Shown here: positions 1-12,376 of the stretch, in pieces
How the letters are laid out: each line of letters starts with the position of its first letter
How positions within the stretch are numbered: the stretch's first letter is position 1
NCBI GenBank assembly: GCA_964016885.1
Contig: OZ024743.1
Location: forward strand, 20,150,001-20,214,000
Reading direction: 5' to 3'
Length of the DNA: 64,000 bases
Source of the DNA: Eledone cirrhosa
Lineage: Eukaryota
Notes under the pieces: generated by a model
Databases searched by the model: none
What the model was told of the DNA's origin: nothing
The model's input: only the letters and a program-made list of their open reading frames with translations
Translations under genes and position numbers: made by a program

Positions 1-1104
1 GTACAGAGGATCAAAGTTTACCCTTATCAACAAAACCTGTCATAACAGCAAAAATTCAGTTTGAATTATGATCAATTATCAATACGATGTGCGAAAAATT
101 TTAAGTGAGCTAACAGATTCTCTTGAAAGCAGCCATTGAACTGTATTATTGATTTTTTTTTCATCAGACAAATCAGTTTTACCATTTCTACATCAAAATA
201 CTGGAAATTACGAAAGTATTTTATTCAATAAATATTTCTCTTAAAAGTTTGATATGTCACATTTACTTTGATGCACTTTATAAATTTGAATCTATCATTT
301 AACTTTTTGAAAAATTACTTTAGAACAAAATGAAGCACATTTTATTCAATCATTCAACTTATTTCAGAGAATTTATATATTTGAATAATTTTTAAGGAGC
401 ATATGATTAATAATAACTTAATTTGTAAGGTGGAAAGTTACACAAATTGAAGAGTGCTGGATTCAATTCTTTAAAGTGTTTTGTTTCAAACTTCAAGTTA
501 TAAGTTTAAATATTGCCAGAGTTAATTTTGATGTTCATTTTTCCAGGATTGATAAGATACATACTCACAATATTCTGGGACTGACTTCTTCCCCTGCAGG
601 AATGTGTTCAATTAATATTTAACTTTGGCAGTAATGCTTTGTGGTATGGAGGTGCATCCTTTTACGTTCTGAGTTCAAATCCTGCCACGGATAGCTTTTC
701 CTTTCATCTTTACAGGGTCGATAAAATAAAGTATCAGTAACGCATTGGGGTTGATTTAATCAACTTCCCCTCCTCCAAAATTGTTGGCCTTGTGCCTAAA
801 TCAGAAACCAATATTTACCTTAAAAGGTATGAGGAAGAAATATTAAACACAAAATCATTACAGAATATACCTAACCATTTCTGGAATTTGGCACAAAATA
901 ACACATTTTGGTAGAAAAGAAGCAGCTGATTACATAAATTCCAGTATTTGACAAACACTGTTTATCAACCTTGCAAGAATACAAGTCAAAGTAATCCATT
1001 AATGAGATCTGAACTCAGAATGTATTAAGTGATATAACAATACAGCAAGACATTTTCTTCAGTGTTCTATTGATTCTAACATTCATAACCCTCTTAATAA
1101 TTGT

Positions 1105-1285
1105 ATCTACTTTTGGCACAAGGCCAGCAATTACCCCAGTGCATTACTGGTGCGTTAATTTATCAACTCTGTAAGGATGAAAGGCAAAGTTAATCTCAGC
1201 AGGATTTGCACTCAGAACGTAAAGAGCCATAACTCTATGCTGCAAAGCATAGTGTCTGACACTCTACCAATACTGCCAATCCACC
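1105..1285 (-). mobile_element. tRNA-derived SINE, family A (Meta-domain-like core)
   Basis: Reverse complement of the family A consensus seen at 1541-1728 (GGATGAAAGGCAAAGTTAA...CTCAGAACGTAAAG...TACTGCCAATCCACC). Confidence 0.75.
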
Positions 1286-1540
1286 AACCTTCTCTCTTAA
1301 TGCAGTCTGATTTACTGTGGGGGTCCAAATAGCAGAAAACAAAAGAAATTGCTGCTAAGAAGAAGAAGCATTCATTCTACAAATCTAGACCGACCAGTCC
1401 AAAGTGTTGTACCTTTCAATACATGCACTATAAACAGAAGAGAATTCTTAGCACAGATAGACCTCATCAGATGCACAAGACTAGACATACAAGCCAATTC
1501 TGAATCTTGCTTATCTTCAACAACAAAGGACATACAACAA

Positions 1541-1728
1541 TGGTAGATTGGCAGTATCGGTAGAGGGATGGACGCCATGCTTTGCAGAGAGTTACGCCCC
1601 TTTATGGTCTGCGTTCAAATCCCACCGTGGTTAACTTTGCCTTTCATCCTTACGGGGTCGATAAAATAAAGTACCAGTAATGCACTGGGATAATTGTTGG
1701 CCTTGTGCCAAAAGTAGAAACAATTATT
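1541..1728 (+). mobile_element. tRNA-derived SINE, family A (Meta-domain-like core)
   Basis: A-box-like TGGCAGTATCGG, B-box-like GTTCAAATCC, core TTGCCTTTCATCCTTACGGGGTCGATAAAATAAAGTACCAG and tail GGCCTTGTGCCAAAAGTAGAAACAATTATT. More than 10 related copies in the window, including decayed ones near 630-810, 10890-11045, 22420-22500, 25045-25240, 29340-29505 and 33100-33260. Confidence 0.85.
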
Positions 1729-2875
1729 AATTTCAAGATTGTTGTGCCAGAAAGTACTAACAACACTTTAACTGTTGTGTATCACAAAACAAAACAAACA
1801 TCGTCATACATTAAGGAACATGCATTCACTCATTAGAGATATGTAATAAATATATGTAATACACATTATCTAAGAATATAAAAGTTGCTGCTGAAATATG
1901 AAAGCTGCTACTGGGTGTTATGACATTCATCATATTGAATAAAATACATCTCAAGTTAACAAAAGCACAAAATATTAAGAATGTTGGGATATCTTAGTAA
2001 TCTTAAACGAATCACAAGAGTGAATCTATAATAAACTTTTGGAATTACCTGTCAATCAGCAAAACTTTTATATCAAGCTTTCCAAAGAAATTAAATGTTC
2101 ACCCAAAAGGAAATGAATCCTTGCCTGGGGAAAAGTAATAATATTGAAAAAAACAATATCTTATTGATCAGTTAATAAATTTTGATGCCATAAGTGAATA
2201 TAGGATAAATGAGTTTTATTGAAACCAAGATGGGTGACATAAAAGTACTTAGCAATGTTTCAAATTCATGGATTTTGGAAACTTCAGTCATAAAAATATC
2301 ACCCAATAAAGAGAAAATATATTTCTAAAATGATGTGGATAGCACATTTGACAGCGAATCAAACAACAAACTTATGTGTTGACATTTTATATTTCTTTAC
2401 ATGTAATGTGATGTCCACATAACATTCAATTGAGCTGTAAAATGGTTCTACAATGTTAAATAGATTAGAGTTGAGAGTAACAACAATGGCAGTGTAAAAT
2501 GTTTTATCAGCTTACAATAATAAGTTCAACCACTCTCTTGGGTATAGCAAGAAGAGAATGACCTTCATCAAATATGAAGATGATGTCTTTGTTGGGGATC
2601 CTAAAATTTAAAGAGTTATGAAATTCACAGAATCTAAAAATGTTACAAGTACAATATCACTGCACATATTCAAAGGAGTAAAACATAAAATATCAAGTAA
2701 AACTATAAGAGCTTTTCTATCCTCTCTTTGTTTACTGTCTAAAAATTGCTGATGTTTAGAACGATGTCAATCCTTATCAAAGGCATTGAAACCATCACCA
2801 TTCTACCTTCTTATGTGTATGAAGGAATAACTTATCTAATGTGTCATTTCTTTATTTAAGATGTAAATATATCAT

Positions 2876-3086
2876 TTAACCCTTTAGCATTTAAACCGGC
2901 CACATCTGACCAGAATTCTCTCACCTCGTTCAAACTGGCCATAACTAGCTACTCATACTGATGTTAAGGTATTGTTCTCAAAATAAGTAATCTCAAAATC
3001 TCATAGATTCAATATTATGTGAGATAAAGGCTTTACCATGAAAATATAATAGTAAATATAAAGTAATGTAAATGCTAAAATGTTAA
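2876..3086 (+). mobile_element. piggyBac-like MITE (~210 bp)
   Basis: Starts TTAACCCTTTAGCATTT and ends AAATGCTAAAATGTTAA (TTAA-flanked imperfect terminal inverted repeats). Homologous copies at 14551-14786, 51705-51935 and a split copy at 57767-59067. Confidence 0.65.
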
Positions 3087-4438
3087 GAGATTTTGCTACT
3101 ATTTCCTGCATGCCAAACGACCACATAGAGGTTCTTTTATAGGCATGTTTCTCTAATGTTATCTACTCTATGTAAAATGCTAAATCAGTGTATATTCTGA
3201 TTGTTGATTGTTGATTGTGGATACGGATGTTGCAGGTTGACAATCAAACATATGGATGACGCAGAAATCAATGAACTAAATAAAATATAACACAATCAAA
3301 TAAAGAGATAAATGAATAGCTTAGGAAGCTATAGATATGTTAGATGCATTAGATAATTATTTAATAAATTTAAAAGCCAAAAGCATAAATTGATATGGTG
3401 CAATACCCAAGCTGTTTCTGTATTAAGTTACATATGTAATTTTCTCATCTGGAAGTTTAAATAAACAAATAAGTAGATGAAAACAAGAAAATCAATAATA
3501 ATATCTAAAGTAATCCAATTGAATAAGGATACTGAAATATAAGCATTAGGAATTCTGATAGATAAATGACTTCTACAATTAGAAAACTAACACTCATACC
3601 TACAGCAGAAGACTTTACATGGTTACTTGATGTACTAGAAATAGAAGCTAAACATACCTTAAATCACATATTTAGGACACCAGATAATCTAGTTTTAAAT
3701 TCATTTATTATCATCATCCTTTTTACATCTGCTTGTCCATGCATGCATGCATGGGTTGGACAGGTTTTTTCCAGTGCTTCCCCCATTAATTATTGCCTCC
3801 TTTTGTCCTCTCCTTGTTGAAGTTTGGTGTTTTGAAATCCTCCTCTGTCCACCTCTGTTCAACAGGATGATCATAGCTGGAATGTTTTTGATCATAAATT
3901 GGTTTAATCATTGCTAACCTCGGGACTAAATCATAACAATAACAACTAAGGAATTGTTTCAGTGATTAGACTTAGATATGCAACAAAACCTTTGACACTT
4001 TATAGTATACAATGCTAACAAGAATTAAAACATCATTTGAATGTAACAGTTTATACATGATTTAAATGGGTATCATGGCTTTTCCTTGGGGCAATTGTTT
4101 CAGTTCCAATCCACAATCAAGTCACATGCCAAGCAAGTACAACACTGAAAATAATTGATTATTTTTTACTTTTAATGAAGTCAATAAATAATAGTGAGTG
4201 ACTTCTAGTGCCTTCAGTCCCTAACCAGCCATTTTCCTCTTCAATAGAAATAGCAATCAAATATTTTTCGAAAATTTAGCTTTGCCATTTTAAAAAAGGA
4301 AAAAGACATATTAGAGAATGTAGTACTTGGTGGATTGTGAGGCCATCTTCACTGGAATGTTTTTGTTGAGGGTTCTCCTCAATCAATTCCAACAAGCTAA
4401 ACAATGATAACAATTTGTTTTCACTCTTAATGTGGTGG

Positions 4439-4611
4439 ATATTATTAATATTCGGTTTGTTTACAAGTAAACAGCCTCATAAAACACCACGTGGTAGATG
4501 ACAACAGTTGTTTTCTCTCAGCTACCAATGGAATAATAGGATGATGTCATCATTTAACATATGGTGTTTATGAGGCTGTTTACTTGTAAAGAAACCGAAT
4601 ATTTATAATAT
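4439..4611. repeat. Long imperfect inverted repeat (foldback or MITE-like)
   Basis: ATATTCGGTTTGTTTACAAGTAAACAGCCTCATAAAACACCA is mirrored by TGGTGTTTATGAGGCTGTTTACTTGTAAAGAAACCGAATAT. Confidence 0.8.
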
Positions 4612-4624
4612 GGTGATATTATTT

Positions 4625-4812
4625 GGTGGATTGGCAGTATCAGTAGCGGGTCGGACGCCATGCTTTGCAGCACAGTTACATCTCTTTACAGACTGAGTTC
4701 AAGTCCGGCTGAGGTTAACTTTGCCTTTCATCCTTACAGGGTCGATAAAATAAAGTACCAGTAATGTACTGGGTATTTACTGGCCTTGTGCCAAAAATAG
4801 AAACAATTATTA
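4625..4812 (+). mobile_element. tRNA-derived SINE, family A
   Basis: Full-length match to 1541-1728, ending in (ATT)n. Confidence 0.85.
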
Positions 4813-5217
4813 TTATTCACTCACAAATACAATGATAACATATATATGATTTAAGGGTTATGGAAACATAAGTGAAATATGATGATTTTTAACTTCACAT
4901 CTAAATATAACATAGAACACAATAAACATGATATTGTTGTTATCTAGAATATAAAGAAAGCAGATAATACTGATAAACACTATTACTATACATTATGATA
5001 ATCTCTGTTATAATACATTGTGATAATTGCCATTACACCCTGGGGACTTTAACTCTGGGTAGTATTATTGTGATGTCATTGTGGCATACAATATGTCTTG
5101 GGCATTTTCAACTTGGAGACCATTCCTTCTCTAGATATGACCACAGCCAATTTCTTCAAGATAGGAGAGAAAGGAAGAAGAATTTACCATTTGGTACTCA
5201 ACTGGTATTATATTTAG

Positions 5218-5397
5218 TGGATTGGCAGTATCGGTAGAGAGTCGGATGCCATAGAGTTATGGCCCTTTGCGATCTGAGTTCAAATCCCGCCGAGGTTAAC
5301 TTTGCCTTTCATCCTTATGGGGGTCGATAAAATAAAGTACCAGTAATACACTGGGGTCGATTTAATCGACTTTACCCTCCCCCCAAATTACTGTAGA
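5218..5397 (+). mobile_element. tRNA-derived SINE, family A (variant tail)
   Basis: Same head and core as 1541-1728, with tail GGGGTCGATTTAATCGAC. Confidence 0.8.
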
Positions 5398-6089
5398 AAT
5401 CATTATATTCAGTCACTCTAAACAAAGTTGATATCAGCAACATTTGAACTCACAATACATAGAGTTGGAGAAAATACCACAAATAATGGTGTTTATTACC
5501 ATTACTATAATGTTGAGAATCATAATTATCATACACAATGACCCTAATATATGTAATAAACCAAAGCAAACATGCGTTAAATGTGTAATACTAGCAATTA
5601 GGTTAACAACACTACAAACAACAAAGTAGCACAGTTTTATACATCAACGTTTGTTCATTATCTTGCTTCTCTCTCTTCTTCTCTCTGCATATATTACAAC
5701 TTCTGACAAGTATAATTATTATTTGATGGCTTGCATAGTAAATCTAATGGCTACAGGATGCTCTAATGTTTGTTAACAAGGACCTTAGATAGACATTACT
5801 TTCCTGAGGTGTACAGTACCCAGCAGGACAGTCTTTTGTGGGAAAGCAATTTATGATTTGAAGTCTATTTGTTCCATACACTCTTACCGTTTTAATGGCA
5901 TTGAACCAAAAGCTCCAATCACAACTGGGATTATTTTGTTGTTGTCCTGTGATATTGACCACATTTGTGCAATTTTGATGTCCTAGTCAGTATATATAGT
6001 GTGTTTCTTTTCAATTCTTTCAAGGCTGGGAAGGTAACATCAACAATATGGCATTCCCACCTATTTCTATGTATAACTACAATACATTT

Positions 6090-6245
6090 TAGAGAGTTCT
6101 GGTGTCCTTGGCCCTAGGGCCACCTCCCTACTCACCATGATGGGCACAGAGTTGGCTACTCACGTGTCTGAGTCGTGAGCTGGAATGGCTCTTCCAGCGT
6201 GTCTCCCTAACCATTCTCCGGGGAAATGCTTTCTCTATTCTATTA
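6090..6245 (+). mobile_element. 3' fragment of CRE-like non-LTR retrotransposon
   Basis: CCTTGGCCCTAGGGCCACCTCCCTACTCACC...CTCCGGGGAAATGC closely matches 58520-58665. Confidence 0.7.
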
Positions 6246-6687
6246 GAATAGGGCAGCGAGGCAGCTAGCAAGTGAGCCCTCATTTGCTTATAATAGAAAG
6301 AGAAAGAGAGAGCAGGGGAGATGGAGGTAGTGATAGTGGGAGGCTGGTTTCTTTGTGTTCAGACCTGGTGTATATGCATGTGTTTCATGGACACACACTC
6401 ACACTAAGACTTACTAACAGGGTTAAAAGCAAGTTTTCCATTATCATAGAATAAAAGGTTTCAGGCAGGTTGGTAAGAAAAAAAGGGTTACACAGTTTGT
6501 GGACTACAATACTAGGTCTGTTGTGTTTAATTCTCAGTAGTCTGTTTGGATTGTGAAGTCCCAGTGCATCTTGGATTTGTCTCTTTCATCAAGAACACTT
6601 TCTGGGACATGCTACTACAACTTATCAGACAACCTCATACCCATATTTGTTTCAAATTGGCCATTGAAAGTACACACAGATCTATCT

Positions 6688-6739
6688 AGTAGTAGTAGTA
6701 GTAGTAGTAGTAGTAAAATTATTAGCAGCAGCAGTAGTT

Positions 6740-6814
<75 letters not shown>

Positions 6815-6838
6815 AAATTATTAGCAGCAGCAGTAGTT

Positions 6839-6882
<44 letters not shown>
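6688..6882 (+). repeat. (AGT)n compound microsatellite
   Basis: Long AGT run with the interruption AAAATTATTAGCAGCAGCAGTAGTTGT occurring twice. It accounts for the poly-S and poly-L ORFs. Confidence 0.95.
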
Positions 6883-6883
<1 letters not shown>

Positions 6884-7539
6884 CCAAAAAAAATTCATTA
6901 TCCTATATCATTTTATTTTAAAATAAATTTAGCTAATTTAAATTCTGGGGGTTGTCTCTGCTGTGTTTTTAACCAGTTTTTTTATTAAGGTATTGATTGT
7001 TTCTTCTCTCTCTATTGATGTAATTTTAATTAATGAAAATGTCTCTGTTCATTATATTAAGTATGTCAGTGTCCACTTCTCTAGGCCTATAATATTTTGA
7101 GAATTTTATTTCAACTAGTGAAACTCTGTGGGCCAAACTTTATGTGAAATATTTTACTGGCAAAGAAATGTCCTGCTTACATCATATATATATATTATTT
7201 CACTTCCACTAGCTGCTATCCTCACCATCGGTACCCCCCGCCCACTCCATCCATGCCCTCTTCATGTTCTTTATTCCTTAGCTATGCCCTTCCCTTAAAA
7301 TGCCTGGATACTGTCACTGTCACAACCTTGTAGCTATTCTTTTACCCCTAATGCACCTCACCCATTCTCCCTCAACTATCACCCCTTAGCTATTCTCCAT
7401 CCCCCTTGCCCAACACATATTAAGAGCCCACCCCTCCCCGCGAGATAATAATTACCATCCATGCCCCATATCTCCACCACTTCAGTGTTTTCACCACTGC
7501 ATCCCCTTCCCAACTCATCACCTGTCAAATCACACCACA

Positions 7540-8320
7540 CTTGGCATATCTTCACAATAAACGCAACAAGTACTCACCATAAAGTTGTTGGTAATAGGAA
7601 GGGCATCCAGCCATAGAAAGCTTGCCAAATAAAGGGTTGGGAGGACCCTTCAGTTGTGTCACTGACATGACAGCCTCCGTAGTGTTGGTGATCTACACAA
7701 TAAACACACCCAGTACATGCAGTAAGGTGGTTAGTTATAGGAATAGCATCCTATCCTCACCCTCTAAATACATCTGCCTCTCTTCTATAAAGTAGATAGG
7801 GCTCTTCAGTCAAGTCAACAATTACTGCCAACAGTCTCACTAGTGCCATAGTAAAATATATCCAATACATTTTGTAAAGTGCTTGATGTTTAGGAAGAGC
7901 ATCTAACCATAGAAACTGTGCAAAATAGACTGGAATGACTGTTTAGTTGTGTCAAGGACATGATAACTTTCTTAGTGCTTGTGCCATGAGAAAATATCCC
8001 CAGAATACTCTGTAAAATGGGTGCTTATAACATTTCACTTTAAAAACCATACTAAAACCAAAACATATATAAGTGGGACACAGCTATCTGCCTATCTACG
8101 AGGACAGTAGCTGCGATAACTACTATGTCCATGATGACTCGTCCTAATAAACTGATTCAAAAGAAGAAAACATTATATCCCAATGGGATGCCTGTTTTGA
8201 TGCCCATCTCAATGATGGCGTAATTATTGAGATGTACTTATGAAATGGCCTTCTCAATATCTTGCTCATGTCAGTGTCAAAGCTAAACACTTAGCTGATA
8301 AATGTCATGATGATGATTAT
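7540..8320 (+). repeat. Decayed RTE 3'-UTR/SINE-tail modules
   Basis: Repeated GTTGGT..TAGGAAGGGCATCCAGCCATAGAAA-like modules ending in (ATG)n. Confidence 0.5.
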
Positions 8321-8328
8321 GATAATAT

Positions 8329-9904
8329 AGTACCTAGCTAAAAGTAAGCCACTCTACTTGGCATTTGTCGACCTTGAGAAAGCCTTTGACAGAGTTCGAC
8401 GTGCTGTAATCTGGTGGGCTCTTAGAAAACTAGGAGTAGATGAATGGCTTGTGAAAGCGGTACAAGCCATGTATAGGGGAGCAGTCAGCAAAGTTAGGAT
8501 TAGCAATGAGTATAGCGAGGAATTTAGCGTACAGGTTGGGGTCCACCAGGGCTCTGTTCTTAGCCCTCTCCTGTTCATCATAGTCCTGCAGGCAATAACG
8601 GAGGAGTTTAAGACCGGATGCCCATGGGAACTCCTGTATGCTGATGACCTCGCACTCATAGCTGAATCTATGGTAGAACTAGAGAATAAATTCCAAACCT
8701 GGAAGCAGGGACTAGAGAGAAAGGGTCTCAAAGTCAACATGACCAAGACTAAGGTCCTTGTAAGTAGACGAGAAAACAGAACCCAGATCCCCTCGGGGAA
8801 ATGGCCTTGCTCAGTATGTAGGAAAGGTGTAGGTAGGAACTCCATTCTCTGCCCCAAATGCAAACAATGGGTACACAAGAGATGTAGCGGGATCTCAGGA
8901 AGCTTAATTAAGAATGTAGGATTCACATGCAGCAGCTGTGCTGAAACAGCAAGCAGCAAACAGCCACAGGAAACAAGTACCACCAATCTCTGGGAGGGCC
9001 CTGTAGAAACAGTAGACAGCTTCTGCTACCTAGGTGACCGAATTAGCAACGGAGGTGGGTGTTCAGAAAGTACAATAACTAGGGTAAGAACGGGATGGAA
9101 GAAGTTTAGGGAACTACTACCACTGCTAGCTGCAAAAGGCTTCTCCCTCAGAATGAAAGGCAGACTGTATGATGCGTGTATCCGAACAGCGATGTTGCAT
9201 GGTAGTGAGACCTGGGCGCTGAAGGTGGAAGACTTATGTAGATTAGAGAGAAACGAAGCATGCATGCTCCGATGGATGTGTAACAGTAATATACGTGAAC
9301 GACAAAGCATAAATGAATTGAGAGAGAGACTGAGCATAAGAGGAATCAAATGCTGTGTGCAGGAGAGGCGGTTGCGCTGGTATGGACATGTGATGCGTAT
9401 GAAGGAGGACAGCTGCATAAAAAGGTGCAGAGCACTAGAAGTTGATGGAAACCGCGGAGTGGGGAGACCCAAGATGACCTGGGATGAGGTGATAAAAGCC
9501 GACCTTACCCAATTACACCTCTCAAAGACAATGACACATGACCGTGACTTCTGGCGTCACGCAGTAATACAGAGTACCCGACCTCCCATGGGTACATGCT
9601 GAAGCATATAAACAATATGCCCCCACACCCCCCACCGCAAGGTGGTCGTGGAGGTGCCACGGCAAAAAAGCACCTAGCCCACACTGTAAAGTGGACGTGT
9701 AGGCGCCACGAAAATGCACCCAGCACTCACTGTAAATGAGGTTGGTGTTAGGAAGGGCATCCAGCTGTAGAAATCAAGCCAGATCAGTTCCTGTATGAGC
9801 AAGGCATGGTAAGCCGACCAGACACTGCACACAACAGGACAACCCGTCTAACCCATGCTAGTGTGGAAGAACGGACGTAAAACGGTGATGATGATGATGA
9901 TGAT
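8329..9904 (+). mobile_element. 5'-truncated RTE-clade LINE, young copy with 3' UTR and (GAT)n tail
   Basis: Uninterrupted RT ORF followed by a ~300-bp UTR ending AACCCATGCTAGTGTGGAAGAACGGACGTAAAACGGTGATGATGATG. Confidence 0.92.
8358..9602 (+). CDS. Non-LTR reverse transcriptase (C-terminal half of ORF2) with embedded PHD-type Cys/His finger
   Basis: Motifs FVDLEKAFDRV, GVHQGSVLSPLLF, LLYADD, FCYLG, LHGSETW, RRLRWYGHVMR and GRPKMTW. Finger is CSVC...CPKCKQWVHKRC...CSSC. Confidence 0.92.
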   Translation: MAFVDLEKAFDRVRRAVIWWALRKLGVDEWLVKAVQAMYRGAVSKVRISNEYSEEFSVQVGVHQGSVLSPLLFIIVLQAITEEFKTGCPWELLYADDLALIAESMVELENKFQTWKQGLERKGLKVNMTKTKVLVSRRENRTQIPSGKWPCSVCRKGVGRNSILCPKCKQWVHKRCSGISGSLIKNVGFTCSSCAETASSKQPQETSTTNLWEGPVETVDSFCYLGDRISNGGGCSESTITRVRTGWKKFRELLPLLAAKGFSLRMKGRLYDACIRTAMLHGSETWALKVEDLCRLERNEACMLRWMCNSNIRERQSINELRERLSIRGIKCCVQERRLRWYGHVMRMKEDSCIKRCRALEVDGNRGVGRPKMTWDEVIKADLTQLHLSKTMTHDRDFWRHAVIQSTRPPMGTC

Positions 9905-11989
9905 AGGTAGCTCTGATTTTATGGCAGTTTAAGATTTACCCTATATCAAATATATAGTGCCTCTGAATATAGATACTCAGAGCTCCACACTCTTGCTCAG
10001 TCTGAAAGAAATAACATCCAAATCTTCCTCCAGTCACAACTTAAAGTGTTTCTAACAGTGCATATTGGATAATCTAATCTTAGTTACATGATAACTGAGT
10101 AAAAGATGGGATGGTGAGAGCTGGAATGCATTTTACCATGAGTTTGCTTCATCCAAGCTGGTTTGTAGCTAAACAACAACTTTCTTCATAGTAAATGAAG
10201 ATTGAGACTTCTAGAGGATGAGGTAACTCAACCTACTAGAAATAGCAGCCAAATCCACTTCAAATCCCGCCACAATATCTTTTACAAAAAAGACACTTTG
10301 GATTGTATACCCTAGAAACACTATACTGTGAATAAAGATGGTGTAGTGAAAGTTTAAGCATCTTTGGTTATAAATATGCTCGATCAATGCTGACTTGAGG
10401 CCAATCACTAACAACATCCATTATATTGTTAAACTTGGAGATAAAGAGGAAAGATATTTAATGCTTGAAACTTACATAAACAACAAAGCTGACACTGCAC
10501 ATTGTTGAGAAGTCATAGAAGCACAGCTAATTATTGGAAGTCTGAAATATTCTGCTCAATAGACACATCTAACATTTTACTTTATTTAGAATTCTTTATT
10601 TAGAATTCAAAATCAATTAAAAGATTTAAAAAAAAAGGAAAAGTGAGGTTAGGGGCAAATTCCACTTATCTCAGTTATACCACATAGAAAAGATCGCATA
10701 ATCCCTGCCAGAATGAACAGCCAGAGATATTTGCTGTATCAGCTATTCTACTTCTGTAAATTAAAGAGCAAGTTTAATTTACATCTCTGATTTGATTGAA
10801 AGTAAATTACTTTAAGGAAAGTTCCTTCTGGTGGAAAAGAAGACCTTACAACCAATGTGTATCATATTGATTTCTAACATATGCACAAGACCAAAAATAT
10901 TAGGAAAGAAAACAGTTGATTATATTGATCTCAGTACTTGAATGGTACTTATTTTATCGACCCTGAAGGATGAAAAGCAAAGTCGATCTCAACGGAATTT
11001 GAATTCAGATTGTAAAGGAACACAACTAAATATTGTAAGGCATTTTTACCAATATTATTATTTTTTTTTTTAATATATAGCTTAGTCTGAAAAGAAGGGT
11101 TGTACCATGACCTTTCAGTGGGGAAGGAAGCTTTTGAAACAAATCAGGAAAGAAAGGAAAGACGAAGCTATGACTCAGCTTGTTGTTGCAGTAGGAATCA
11201 GTGTATCAAAGATATCGACTTATCCTCACACCAGAGACCTGTGATGAATACTTGCAACAGAGGGAAATGTGGATGAGGTGGTGGTGATGATGCTAGTTTG
11301 TGTTGATGGTGGTGGTGTAGGTGATGGTAGTGGCAATGGCAGTAGCGATGGTGGTGGTAGTGAATCAATTTCTACAACCCAAGATTCTGAACTGATTCTG
11401 CTATCCACAGCTCTACTCCCTGTGTACAATAATAATTGATAATGTTATTTCTTTGAAGTAAGTACAAAGTAAATTTCTGTAGAATAGAGGATATTATCTG
11501 TTGAATGAAATCAATATTATTGGTAAGTGTAACAGCTGGTTAAAGCGATATGATACAGTCTAACAGCTTGAATAGTCAACACTTCCTAATTCATCATTGT
11601 GGCTATGTAGTGTCTCTCGAAAAGACAAATTATTCTTAATGCCACAGACAACTGAGTCAAAAATATGTATCATAGGAAGTATCAGTGGGGACACTTTATA
11701 GCAGTTGAATGTTACATTAGTTTATAGAGATGGATGCAACCATGGTCATGATGTTTCAATATTTGTTTCACAATGCTGTAGATATGAGTTTGAACTTGAT
11801 ACACACTACCTTGGGCATGTTATCTTCTACCTTAACCCCAGGCTGATGTAAACTTTGTGAGGGAAATTGAATAAATGGAAATTGTGCAAATGATTATTGT
11901 CAATCTGAAAGCATTTATACCTGGTCTTCAGTTTGAAGAGAAGGATAACTTGTTATCTGCTTCTCATTGCAACACCCATTTTTGACATA

Positions 11990-12376
11990 ATGCCAGCAAT
12001 TTGAATGGATGGGGAAAAGTTGATTAAACTGACCCCAGTGCCCTACTGGTACTTTATTGTATCGACCCTATAAGGATGAAAGGCAATGCTAACATAAGTG
12101 GGATTGGAAATCAGAACGTAAAGAGATGTAACTCTATAGTACAAAGTCTATTGCCTGATGCTCTACCAATACTGCCAATCTACTTCCCTCATAATAATTG
12201 TTTCTACTTTAGGAACAAGGCCAGCAATTACCCAGTGCATTACTGGTACTTTATTTTATCGACCTCGTAAGGATGAAAGGCAAAGTCAACCTCGGCGGGA
12301 TTTGAATTCAGATCATAAAGGGACGTTACTATGCTGGAAAGCATGGTGTCCGTCCCTCCACCGATACTGCCAATCC
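11990..12376 (-). mobile_element. Two adjacent family A SINEs
   Basis: Reverse-complement copies at about 11990-12180 and 12196-12376. Confidence 0.8.

Noticed and set aside
1541-1630. tRNA genes at SINE heads
   Set aside because: A/B-box-like motifs are present, but I see no complete cloverleaf and each continues into a SINE body.
6553-6921. Poly-Ser and poly-Leu ORFs
   Set aside because: They are translations of the (AGT)n microsatellite.
8098-8145. Small hairpin ACGAGGACAGTAG...CTACTATGTCCATGATGACTCGT as a ribozyme or SECIS
   Set aside because: Lacks a GAAA core and SECIS geometry, and lies within decayed repeat sequence.
8354-9472. Long minus-strand ORFs (210 and 148 aa) and equivalents at 53913-55166
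   Set aside because: Antisense shadows of the RTE RT frame with no independent motifs.
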